A stretch of DNA of 63,393 bases, filler included, from Licmophora abbreviata (GCA_900291995.1; 14 parts of 14 records of this genome joined end to end with filler, not necessarily neighbours in it); one strand, 5' to 3'; counted from the first letter of the whole stretch, positions 32,777 through 44,948 are shown. Made by a program: numbers and translations. The notes: generated from the letters alone by a model not told the origin.

Positions 32777-35700
32777 TCATATGGGGCCGCCTTGTTCATT
32801 CAGAGCGCCCCCCAAAACATCCAGGTAGAGTTTCAAGTCGTCCGAGCCGATGCCCAGGGCGTAGCGGATGGCGTCGTACACCAGAAACTGTAGACTCACA
32901 ATGAGGGAGTAAAAGAAGATTCGAAGTGTCAGGCCCTTGAACAAGGCGCCAACCCCACCACGTTTCACCAGCTGATTCGCTGTATCGACGGGACCCACGT
33001 CGCTTCGGGCCTTTTTCATCTCACTAATCGTGGCGTCGGCTGGATTGCTCACACAGGCCGCCGTGATGCCACCCAGCGTGCCACCCAAGAGACTCACAAA
33101 AAGCGATAGTTGCAAGTCCTCTCGAGCCGCTGGGAAGCTGGTGTACATGAAGGCAGTTGACAAGTCAAACACGGTGAACTTGGCCATATTGAAAGGTATC
33201 TCCTTGGCCAGAAATACAGGAACGGCACTAAACAAGGAGAGGAAACTCTCCTCCTGTGGTCGAATCAGACGGGGCGACGTGATGAGACATGTGTTGATCC
33301 GCATGTGACAACCATACGATTGAGTGATGAGAACAACGTACCGCGACCATCCGGTTAAAGACTCCCAGAATGCTGGAAGCATAGTCGGGCTGCGCCACTG
33401 ACCGAATTCTGACAGCTTCAAAAGGGCACAAAATGAACGACCCGAGAGTGGCCGAGATTGCCGACGACGCCAAAATGATTGGAACTTCGAACTGCGATGC
33501 ACTGCTACCTGCGTACTCTGTGAAGAGGCGGCGAAGGAGCTCAGTCGTCGAGTAGGAAAGACCACCCCAGATGAAAAATCCAAAGAAGGTAGGAGCCCAT
33601 CCAGTAAAGAAAGTGGGCAAACCCTCCTCTTTGACGACGGTTCGAAACGATTGCATCACGCCAGTGTACTTGACAGGATTTGTTTGGATTTTCGTTTTGA
33701 CAACGTCAATCGGAGTCAAGAGCAGATGGACACCCGACGCACAAATGGCCCCCGATGCACAGAAGCGAGCAAAGGTACTCACGCTCAACTGAGCTTCTCG
33801 CTCAATCGGCGATCGACCGCGAGGCCCAAACTCGGGATCAAGTTGCTTGTTCGTACTATACACCTGAGTCCAAGCTGCATTCTTCTCGTCGGCCAGACTA
33901 TCGCTTACGGCCAGGACGAAACATTTCTTGCCAGTATCGTACTGGAGTCCAATACCTGCAGGAAGCAACGAAAGCAGCTGTTTCGATGACGTCGCACCTT
34001 CAGACCAGACCGGTAGCGAAGGAGGTCCGCTGTCAATACCACTCGACGTGGCGCTGATCACGTTCTCCGATCGTTTCTTCTTGATCTCCTCTTCCAATTC
34101 CTCTGGCGTTCGGTAAGACTTATAGCTATCGATCTCGGCGAGTGCATATGCTTTGGCAACAACGGGGCGGTCGTAACAGGCGCGCCCAATACAACCCCCA
34201 CCACCACCGTAGCTAGCCTCCTTCTCTGCCATGGCCATAACAGATGCAGGATCATTCGGATTTGGCATTTTCGCCTGCAGCTCCCTTGAGGGGATCGTTG
34301 TCTGTGGTAGAGGCTCATTAGGTGTAATCACTCGTGCCATCAAAGGGTCGTTCATATTGATACGTGCTGTCAACGGAGGTGGCTCCACGTAGACCATCTT
34401 TGGCTTTTCGACTGCGTAACCAGTTCCATTATTGAGAATTTCAATACGTGTCACTTCGTATTCCAAAACAGCAGTAGCAGTCGCTGATACACCACCCTGC
34501 GATGGTTTCAAGTCTGGAGGAGAAAGAATGCATCGAATGCTCTCCTTGTTTGTATATCCCGATCCAGGATCCACGAGCTGCAATCGATCCACGCGACCTT
34601 TGTTAGGTCCGCTCTTGAACAGAAAGGCTTTTGCTGTCGCCGCATATGCCGTGCTATTTTTCCGGGAAGCCTGTGGCGGCATGATGGTGACCGTTGGAGG
34701 CTTCTGATAACCATTGCCTCGATTGACTAGGTCGATGCGCAGAAGCTTGCCATTGGGCTTCAGTATCGCTCGACCCGTTGCTTGTTCGTACCCCTCCCCA
34801 GCTGCTGGCGGCGAAAAGGTCACGGCAGGCGGTCCATATCCCGGAGCGTACCCAGAGCCGCGATCCAAGACGTCTACATACGAGATGGATCCGTTATCAA
34901 TGGCCGCGAGCAACTGCGTAATCTCTTCCACCGGTTGATTGGTTTGCATCAAACCAAACAAAAGTGCAATTTGCCTTCGAGCTTCCTTAATTTCACGCTG
35001 CTGACGGTTCATTTCATTGGCACTCAGGGGTGGCAGGCCTCGCTGTTCTCGTTGCCTCTCAACGGTGTCCATGTCCGGACAGTATCTATTCAACAATGAC
35101 TCCATAAGCCTTCGCGGCCCATTCTGACCTCGATAAGACTGGAGTCCCACTTCGACCGACGCAGAAAACGCTGCAAACTGTTTGAGCCGCATATCATTCA
35201 CCTGCTCCATGGTTGCAGTTCGCGGCAGCTGCGCCGCTCTCGAATACCACCACTTTTGACAGTCGGCATCGAAACTCAGCAGGAAGCGAGTGAGGTAGGT
35301 GACGAATCGCACATTGAATCCAGCCTCTTCAGCATCAAAGAGGGTAACACCCGAGCGTTTGTTGACGGGAGAACTTTTGTACTGTAAGCCGCCCCAGCCA
35401 GAGCTATCCTCGGCCGCTGATGCAGGTGAAGCCGTGGCTCCCAGTGCGGCACCAGTCGATATGAGTGTCGATGCGAAGAATAGTCTTCGGGTTGCCACCG
35501 CCGAAGGATCTTCAAGTGAATCGACTGTTTCTTGCATAGATTCCTGTTCTACAAGTGTCTTCTCTGCCTGATCCAGTAGGGTGCTAGGTGACAGCAAAGT
35601 CGCCATGTTGTTTTCATTGTTCACAAACTGTCGCCGCTCGGGTTTGAGACTGAGACGTGACTGAGCCCCTGAATATCTCTGAACGCCTGGTCTGACGACA

Positions 35701-35789
35701 TGTGGTTGAAAAAATGCGGAGCACATGTGTATACAAGGTAGAATCAGTGCGACAACCAGAGACGGTCGTCGGCTTAGAGGTGACACCAT
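32777..35789 (-). CDS. Plastid/thylakoid-targeted mitochondrial-carrier-family protein (phosphate-carrier-like) with large N-terminal GxGY-repeat domain (intron 33254-33341)
   Basis: Signal peptide ending CSAF; TRRLFF...SPASA Tat-like signal; four GxGY repeats; carrier signatures PIDVVK, PFEAVR, PADATI; PiC-like H1 (CASGAICASGVHLLLTP) and KEIPFNMAKF. An 88-nt GT-AG intron joins RMVA to EESFLSLF. Confidence 0.85.
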
Positions 35790-36943
35790 TGTCGAATCCA
35801 CAATGATACTTTCGAAACGGAAAACTGAAAGTTGGCCAAAAATCAACGCTTTTCCAGGAAAACCTGGACTTTCTCCAAGCTTCTCTCAAGTTTCTTTAAG
35901 GACGACAGCTAGCAAAGAATCAAACTGCAGCTTTGGTTCTCATCGTCAGCAGTACGCCTGCTTGATGACACGACAAAGGAGCGATGTGTGTGTTGTTTGT
36001 TGTTGTGTCGAAAGCGCACGAAAGTTCAACGCGCGAAAGATCTGGCGATGTGCTCGTGTCAGTGTGTCTTCTTGTCTGTCTTTGATGAGAGAAGGGATCA
36101 TTTTTCAATCCCGCTTCCTCACTTGAAGTCACAGACAGAACTTCAAGGCGCGCCCAGTCATGCTTCCTGAGCAGACGACGGGCAGGCTCGCAGTTCGAAG
36201 GAGTTCGCCGCTTCAAAATTCGGCGCGAGATTCCCACTTTGAACTTCCACAAAAAAGAACTTTGGTCGGCGGCTTCGCGTTGTTGTCAACTCCAAGTGCA
36301 TCTACGGCCGATAGAATCAATCTACCGGCATTACTGTAAGTACTTTATTTTGATTGTGATTAAGTGGGAGTGTTTCTTTGAGCTTTGGTGCTCTTTCGAT
36401 TGAGTTTGGGGCAAAGCTTCTGATGGACGGGTGGTCATTGCTGTCGCCTGCTGCTGGTGTTCGGAACCGAATTCTCGAGTCTGTCCGCCGCACGTATCGG
36501 TCGTGTAGAATCCTACGTCGGACTGGTACAGCGATCGAAAGTTCTTGGCACTTGCGCAACAGCTGACACGCCCGTGTCAGCACGCGTAGCGGCACGCGCC
36601 TTAGTTTGGGACCGCGCCGGTTGATGTCATTGCATTGGCTCATTCTTTGTTGGGCATGACATGAAGGGCCATTCATTCTCATCCAAGAGGTGTGTGGGAG
36701 TAGCGGGGAGCAGCGGTAGTGTTCACTTTGGCGGATTCGATTGAGAATGAACTGAATTCTGTCGCCGTTTCGCCATTGATTTTGGCACCTTTTTTGGTCG
36801 TGGTGGTGTTCTCTGTCGGAACCCGTGTCACCTGGATCTAGAATCGCAGACACTCACCTGTCCCGTTTTATTCTTTTGCTCACTTTTTACCAACACCAGA
36901 CGAATACCATAGCACCATCACTATCACCACCACCACTACTACG

Positions 36944-39002
36944 ATGCCTTGCTTTAGCAGAGGACAACAAACCCGAAGATCAGCCGTCTGCTTGGCAGTC
37001 CTGGCAGCGGCCGCCACTACGACTGCATTCTCAACAACACTGAGCCATCGCCATCACGAACGAGTCACGACACAACGCTACTTTAGGCAAGACGGACTGA
37101 AATCACAAGATGTCGATGTACTATCCACCTCAGTATTACCTCGAGTCGACGAGATGCCGACCTGGTTGAGGCATTCGAAATCTCACAAGACGGAAGAAAA
37201 CTTTGAGATGTTGCGAACCGCCATGCTTGATTCCTTCTTTACCCAGAATGAAGCATCCAAGCTTGTCTTGGCTATCGAAGAGGCTGCCGGCAGCGATCGC
37301 AGCAAGATGGCCGGCGCCTCCGAATTCTGCTTGATTTTGGTTGAGACCATGGAAATGGGTCTCAATGCTTTGATAGCGGCCGCGTTTCATTTCTGCTCGT
37401 GCGTGACGGCGAGGGAACGAAGTCTGTTGCAGCCTCAGGGCAGCTCATACGACTATCCTGAACGCGATGAGCATCAAGCTCTTCAGTCATTTGGCGAGCA
37501 TACCATTATGATTGCTCGTGATGCTGCGCAGCTCAAGAAACTGGAAATGGTCGCCACGACGATTGTCCATGGCAGTACCAGTCGCGTCCGCGTGTCGCCG
37601 GATGCACGAGATTCCGAGAATCTGCAGCATCTGCTTTTGACTCGAACGAAAGACTGGAGGGCGCTGGCGATTCGATCAGCCGCTTGCTTGTTTCGTTTGC
37701 GGGGTCTCGACGACGAACTGACACCCGAGGCGGTACGGGTTGCGCGTGAAGCACTGCATATTTTTGCTCCCTTGGCATCTCGGTTGGGCATGCATCGTCT
37801 CAAGAACGAGTTAGAGGATGCGGCGTTTGCCCTCTTGTATCGACGTCAATACAATGTTGTCACGTCCTCTGTTGACATTGGCGAAAGCATGAAACACGTG
37901 TTGCACGATGTCACGGAACAAGTGAAGACTATGCTGGACGAGGATCCTGAGTTCACCATGCTTGCCAAGAATGTCTTCGTGACCGCGCGTGTCAAGGAAC
38001 CATTTTCGATGTGGCGAAAGATGCTTCGCAACAATTCCAAGAACATCTTGCAGGTTCCCGATGCGCTCGCATTGCGCATTGTGTTAGACGCCAAGCAGCA
38101 GTCGGAGGACGAAGACGTGACTGTGACGCGTGCGCGTGAACGTGCTCTTTGTTACTATGTACAGAAGCTGTGTACGGAGCGTTGGAAGCCTCTCCCGGAG
38201 AACCCACGCTTCAAGGACTACATTGCCAGGGCTAAGGCGAACGGCTACCAGAGCCTGCACTACACCGCCTCCACCCCTTGGCAAGGCGAAGACTGGAAGG
38301 TCGAATTTCAGATTCGTACCAATGAAATGAACAAGGTTGCCGAATACGGCTTGGCCNNNNNNNNNNNNNNNNNNNNNNNNNNNNNNNNNNNNNNNNNNNN
38401 TTAATTAATTAANNNNNNNNNNNNNNNNNNNNNNNNNNNNNNNNNNNNNNNNNNNNGAATACGGCTTGGCCTCGCACTGGGACTACAAGGCGCAAGGTCG
38501 CAACAAGGAGTACAAGCCAACGGGAGAGCAGTGCTCCGACACGTACCTTCGAAAGGTCCAAGAGTGGCACTGGCAACAGCATTCGGGCGCGATTGCCTCT
38601 GAGTGGGACGCGAGTCCTTCGTCGACCGAGCCAGTCTTCCAGGATCAGACCGAAAGCCAAGTCCGCGCCGACCGCATCCGTGCCCGAACGGCGCGTTTGG
38701 CTCCATACATTGAGGCTCTCAACGAGGCCCAGTCTGATTTGGCGCGGGAGCATGTCTTTGTGTTTCTCTCGCACTCCCAAGACAACCTTCACCCCGAGGG
38801 CAAGGTGTTGGCCCTTCCATCGGGTGCATGTGTCCTCGATGCGCTGCGCGAAGGAGAAAAAACGCTCGGTCTCCGGTTGAACTGGAGGGAAGAGCGTTCT
38901 CTTGTCAAGCACAATGGATCGATGGCGAACGTGACGCAAAAACTCAAGAATGGTGATATTCTGAGCGTTCCGTTGCAGGCAGAAAAAGTTTCCTATCAAT
39001 AG
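36944..39002 (+). CDS. RSH: Plastid RelA/SpoT homologue, (p)ppGpp synthetase with degenerate hydrolase and C-terminal TGS-like domain; spans linker 38357-38456
   Basis: Signal ending TTTAF; IFAPLASRLGMHRLKNELED, ARVKEPFSMWRKM, DALALRIV, RFKDYI...NGYQSLH, EFQIRT. AEYGLA-SHWDYK is rejoined across the gap. TGS-like LPSGACVLD...LKNGDIL. Confidence 0.92.
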
Positions 39003-39320
39003 AAGATGTGAGAATATTGTTCAAAGAAGAGTTAGTGGATGCATGTCAGGCTTTGCACGCTCTACAACAGATGGCTGCCATGCAAGTAAGACTTCCAATG
39101 TTTGCTGGGGGGTAATCGATAGCAGAGTGAAGCGCCTCCGTCACCAAATGCACAAACGACAGAGGCTGCACCCTTATAGAGCTTAGAAACCACTGCAAAA
39201 GTAATGTACTATTGTGAACAAACGATTGATTTTGTGGTCGTGCGCATTTGCCGTTGCGGAACTTTCGAACGTGTACAAACTAGATCTACTTCGTAATTGA
39301 AATTCTGTCTGCTGGCGGGG

Positions 39321-40742
39321 TTACCAGTGCACATACCCGTCGTGGTGACCGTATTCGTGACGGTATGCACAGTCTTCGCAGATAGGATCGATATCACATG
39401 TTTCGCATCGATTGCAAAAATGGATATCACGAGAGCGCACACTGGTATAGCTGTCGTTTGCTTCGTGCGTCGTAGTGTCTGAACAGGCACGGCACAAGAC
39501 AGCGTGGAGACAATCACTTTGTGAACACATACGACGAACCAAGACGCCGCCGATCAGAGATGAGTACTTTCCAAACCCAATGGTGCGTTTCTTCTCGTGA
39601 CAAGGAAACTCATTGTGCCAGCAGAATCCTGTGGGAGACACAACCCCGAATTGTTGGCATGATACGCAATGAATCGCAATGGCGTGTTTGGAATCCAACC
39701 GCCGACGCTCCCCGACCCACTTTGACGGAAACATCTGTTCGGAGTACATTGGAGGGAAGTCAAATCTGGCAGCCACATCGATCGTACGCAGTCGTTTTGC
39801 CTCACGTTCGTCACCATCTGATTCGCTGTCCTCCTCGGAAGACTGCCCAGAATCGGTCTCATCCTCCGCATCGTCTTCTCTCGGCGTATACGTAAGAAGC
39901 GGTAGTCTGAAGCCATCGATGCTCCGATATGAGTACGACGATAGCACCAACGTTCGCTCATCAGTCCGACGGCAACAGGGACAAACTAGATCTGGCGGTA
40001 GGTTGGGTATGCACTTGCTGTAGAACTGGGTCAAATTCAATCGTCTCTCGTTGCTCCCTCGCACATCCACGTATCGGTAGATAGGTTTTGATAGTTCCAT
40101 GTCGTCCGCCGTCGGGATGCGCAAACGACACGTGGGACACTTGTCTCGGGTACAAGATGGATAGACGATCGCTTCAGTCTTGTGTTCCACGTCATCCCAC
40201 TTGAGAGGAATACAGTGTCGCCCGTACTTGCCCGTAAATGCGACAGCAACGTCGGACGGCAAGTGCTTCCTGTAGGAGAGACAGACACGTATGGACATGA
40301 ACAGAACCGATTCAGGTCGAGACTGACTACATGAGTACGACTCGGTAAGTGACGGAGCTCACCGCAGCTGATGATGTACTGATACTTACAGAACTCGAAA
40401 GTATCGCATCATAACGTCAAAGGCTTTGGTCGCCCCAGAAGCATCACAGACGCCACCGGCATCGCGCAGCAATACCGCACTTAGACGCTCTCCATCCTGC
40501 ACCGGTCTGGACCAAGAGCCATACGGAAGTGAATGCATGTTTCGATCTCTCAAAGATTGTTCCAGTAGTTCACCGCACTTTTGTGGTGACAAATCTTGTA
40601 CGGCCTCGGTCACAACGGAGGAGACGGTCCTCATAGTCAGGACTTCGGGGAGTGTCCAGAATTCGGCCATGATTTCCCAAGGCAATCTCGACTCCCATGG
40701 CAAACTCACAAAAATGGCAGTTTCTGGTTGAGTTTCTGTCAT
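39321..40742 (-). CDS. F-box-like protein with cysteine-rich C-terminal region (intron 40270-40389)
   Basis: N-terminal SRLPWEIMAEFWTLPEVLTMRTVSS resembles an F-box. A GTAAGT...TACAG phase-2 intron joins FRV-L-KHLPSDV. Repeated CxxC pairs downstream. Confidence 0.6.
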
Positions 40743-41166
40743 GGTCCGTTCTCACTCCAGTAATGATTATGGCGATGAGCTATTGTGAGATTGGTCAACG
40801 GTGCTTGAACCTCTCGCGGTGTTGACGGTATGCAGCAACATGTATAGACGGTGCCACCACATTCGAGGTGTCTCTCGTCGTNNNNNNNNNNNNNNNNNNN
40901 NNNNNNNNNNNNNNNNNNNNNNNNNTTAATTAATTAANNNNNNNNNNNNNNNNNNNNNNNNNNNNNNNNNNNNNNNNNNNNCCCGGTACGTCGACGTCTG
41001 TCGTATCATACGTCCACATGTTTCCCGCGTAAAAAACTTCCGAACTGAAAATGGAACTTCTGCTCGGCAGCCTCCGTTGTCACACTTGCACTTTTGACGA
41101 TGGCCAACCCGCCTTGCCCACTAGCAACACGTTGATTTAGGATATAACTCTATTGCGTAGATCACC

Positions 41167-43619
41167 ATGGCACTGGAAGAAGAAGAAGATAGAACTGGTT
41201 TGACAAGGATGATGTCGGATGATGAGGACGTCTCTGGAAAGAGCTCACGCGGTGCCGTCATGTCAGCCCACTCGGGCATTCGTGATGCCTACCAGCGCAT
41301 GCTGCTCAAAGAAGATCACGAACATCACCGTGTATTCTTCCCCTGGAGCATCAAGTACAAGGCATGGTGGAGTTTCGCCGTTTTTTCTGCCATCTTTACC
41401 GTCTTTTTTGAGACCTACACGATCGCCTTTCAACCGGCAGGATTGAAGCCGTACAACGACGCGTCTTCGATCATTGACTACCTTCTTGTGGCTATCTTTG
41501 TGATTGACATTCTGATCAATTTTAATCTGGCCTTCTACAATGAAATCGATGAGATAATTTATGATCGAGGCCTTATTTCCAAGAACTACGTGCGACGCAT
41601 GTTTTGGGTTGATCTGGTTGGTGTATTTCCGTTCGAATGGATTGTGCTTGGTATTGCCGGTGAAGTAGGCAATGATTCGCAGACAGCGCAGTATATTTCT
41701 CTCCTGCGACTCTTTAGGCTGGTTCGGTTGCATCGTGTGGTCAAGCTCTTCAATAATCTCGAGTACAGCACCAAAGTGTCCTTCATGTCGCTCACGCTGA
41801 TTCGAAACTACTCGTTCGCGCTCGTGTGGACCCACTTTGCCGCGTGTGTCATTTACTTTATCTCTCGACAATACGGGTTCAGTGAAGATGAGACGTGGAT
41901 TGGAGGCTCGATTGACGGGTTGTCGGGCTTTGAAAGATACTGTACAACCCTGTACTGGTCCATTGTCACCTTTACAACCGTCGGCTACGGAGACTTCTCG
42001 CCGGTCAACTCGGCCGAACAGATTTGGGGAATGATCTACATGCTGGTCAACATCATCTTTCAGTCTTGGGTCATTGGTTCTATCACCCTCCTTATCGTCA
42101 AGCACGACGAGGACACGGGCGCCTATCGGGACGCTTTGCAAACGTTGAATAACTATTGCTCCGTCCACTCCTTTGATTCAAAGTTCCAGAAGCGACTCAA
42201 GACGCAAGTCAAGCTTGACTTTAGCAACCGTGAAATTGCCGATGAAGAGGTCCTCAAGAATTTTCCTAGCTCTGTCCGCCGTAGAGTTTTGAGGCGGCTC
42301 TACTTGCCTTCATTGAGGCAAACGGAGCTCATGAAGTCCGTGCGGCAGCAGTTCATCGATGCCTTCCTTTCCACCTGTAGAGTTGAGCTCTTCAGTCCAG
42401 GCGAGGAGATTTTGGAGCGTGGCTCGATTGCATCGGACTTGTACTTGCTCGTCGAGGGAACCGTGAAACTGCTTCCTTTTTCTGGAAGAGGGGTGAGTGC
42501 CTCCGAGCATGGTGGAGGCTATGGGAGTGTCGCGGACAGTGAGCTTGGAAACTCTCTTGCTCTGGCGGCAAAGGAGCTTCACGCCGGCGAGTTCATCAAT
42601 GAAATTGGTTTCTTCACCGAGTCTCCACAGGTTGAAGCAGTGCAAACGGTGAATGTCTGCAAGACACTGACCATGTCCCNNNNNNNNNNNNNNNNNNNNN
42701 NNNNNNNNNNNNNNNNNNNNNNNTTAATTAATTAANNNNNNNNNNNNNNNNNNNNNNNNNNNNNNNNNNNNNNNNNNNNCTCAAGAATCTATTGACCAAG
42801 GTTGAGAAAATTGCAGAAAGTGCGGGATCCGTCCAACAGGAAGACCTTCCCCAGCCAATCAACGCCCTTCGTGCCGGATCGATATACGACCCTACGGATG
42901 CCTCTACGCACCACGGCTCAACCTACGATGCCGACGTCCGTGATGCTGTAGCCGCAATCCAAGCGGATACCGCCTTGACGGCCGTGCAAGATCTTGTGAA
43001 GATGCACATCAACAAACAGAAAGACGACCATACGACTAGATTTTTATTCGCGGCATCGCGAGATGACATTGCGACCATCAGTCTCATGTGCGACCAAGGA
43101 TTCAATCCGAACAGTTCTGATTACGACCATCGGACGGCACTCATGATAGCAGCTATGAAGGGAAATACCGAGGCCGTCGCCAAACTTCTGGAGTACCAAG
43201 CCGATCCCAATCTAGTCGATGTACATGGCTCCTCGGCATTGTATGAGGCTACCAAGAACGGTCATGACTCCACCATGGAGGTTTTGCTGAAGAACGGCGC
43301 CGAACTGTGTATGAGCGAGAATCAAGCCGCATCGACGCTCTGTCAAAACGTCTTCGATAGCGACGTTCTGACGCTTCGACGTTTGCTGAAAGCAAAGATT
43401 CAGGTAAATGCCTCGGACTATGACAAGCGCGCAGCCGTTCATATCGCCGCGGCAGAAGGAAATGTATCGGCACTCAAGGTGCTGGTCGAGTATGACGCGG
43501 ACTTGACTGTTAAGGATCGTTGGAACAACACCTTGGAAGATGAGGCGAAAACATCTGATGCAGGCCCCGTTCTGAAGTATCTCAAAGAGCTGAAGCTTGG
43601 CGACACTGTACCCACGTAG
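41167..43619 (+). CDS. Plant-type Shaker (AKT/SKOR-like) voltage-gated K+ channel with cyclic-nucleotide-binding and ankyrin domains; spans linker 42680-42779
   Basis: S4 LLRLFRLVRLHRV; pore YWSIVTFTTVGYGD; cNBD FSPGEEILERG...LYLLVEG; after the gap, ankyrin repeats DYDHRTALMIAA and DYDKRAAVHIAAAEG. Confidence 0.92.
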
Positions 43620-43926
43620 ACGGCGATGGACGTTCTGGAGCCCTTGGTCGACGCAGTGGAACCTGAGACGACTTCGCTTGACATTGAGCCGTGGTGGGCG
43701 ACGCGTACGAACCATAGTTTATTTCTTCCCTTCCTGTTGGATATGATAATTGTAGAAGTACCCTTAGCAGTTTTTGAAGTTTCTTATAGACCAATGCAGT
43801 TTGCAGTCTGGCGGCACGCTTGCGGCACAAACATGAAACTGAGAGCTGCGTTCGTTCCCTATCACGAACGCGACTATTCCATTCCACGACGCAGAATCTA
43901 GGGTTCATGACATCAACAAAATCTAG

Positions 43927-44948
43927 TTACTTCGACTTATTGGCCGCCACGAAATCGTTGAATTTGTCCTTATACTCAGGATGCCAGCGACTGAGAGGCG
44001 GCCGGATCCATCGTAATGTCCTGCATCGTCCATGTCATGCGAAGACCGTCTGTGTCTTTATCAACATCGTTGTCGGGACAAATGATGTAGAAGCGACCTT
44101 TATCAAGTTCCTCGATCATGAAGTCCACCACCTGCGAAGGCATCCATGCACCTCCAGCAGGTTTTTCCTCGTGGAAGAAAGCGTCGTTCGGATCAAACTG
44201 TCCGCCTTCCGCTTCTGCCTTGGAACGCATCGTCTTGAGAACAATCGACGTATTCACCCAACCAGGTACCAAAAGAGCAGCTCGAACCTTTCTGTCTTCA
44301 TCCTGACGTAGCTCGTGTTCCAGGCCCTCAGTGTATGCTTTGAGCGCTGCTTTGCTTACATTGTACGTCAAGTTTCCCGGTGGCATGGTGATGCCCTGCT
44401 TGGATCCCGTGTTGACCACAAGGCCAGGTTCACCGGATTCCTTCATGCGAGGCACAAACGACAGGCAGCCATGCATCGGTCCGTACGTGTTGACTCCCAT
44501 GACGCGATGGACCATGTCCATGTCCGTCATCGCTCCTCCTCCCAGCCCGATTCCTGCGTTGTTCATGAGAAAATGGCACTTGGCTCCGTCTGCAAAAACT
44601 GCATCTGCGAGGGCATTGACCGCCGCTGGATCAGAAACATCGACCTTCATGGTTTCGATTTTCTACATAGAAATCAAAACGAAAATATGTGTTAAGTTTA
44701 GAAACGCACCGCTATCACGACAAGATGAAGCCCTCAACAGCACATCGTACCTGACTGGACGATTTGGCCTTGGACACAACCAAATCTTTGGCGGCGGCGA
44801 GCTCATCGGCGTCAATATCCGACATCCAAACGTGCATGCCCAGCGACGCACATTTAACTGCGGCAGCACGACCAATCCCACTACTCGCGCCAGTGACGAC
44901 GGCCGTGTGACCGTCCTTCAAGACGGCCGAGGCCGTCATGTCCGTCAT
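43927..44948 (-). CDS. Short-chain dehydrogenase/reductase (intron 44663-44750; apparent 1-nt insertion at ~44005)
   Basis: TGASSGIG, MNNAG, NTGSKQG, YNVSK catalytic motif. Removing one C gives C-terminus DRPPLSRWHPEYKDKFNDFVAANKSK*. Confidence 0.9.
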
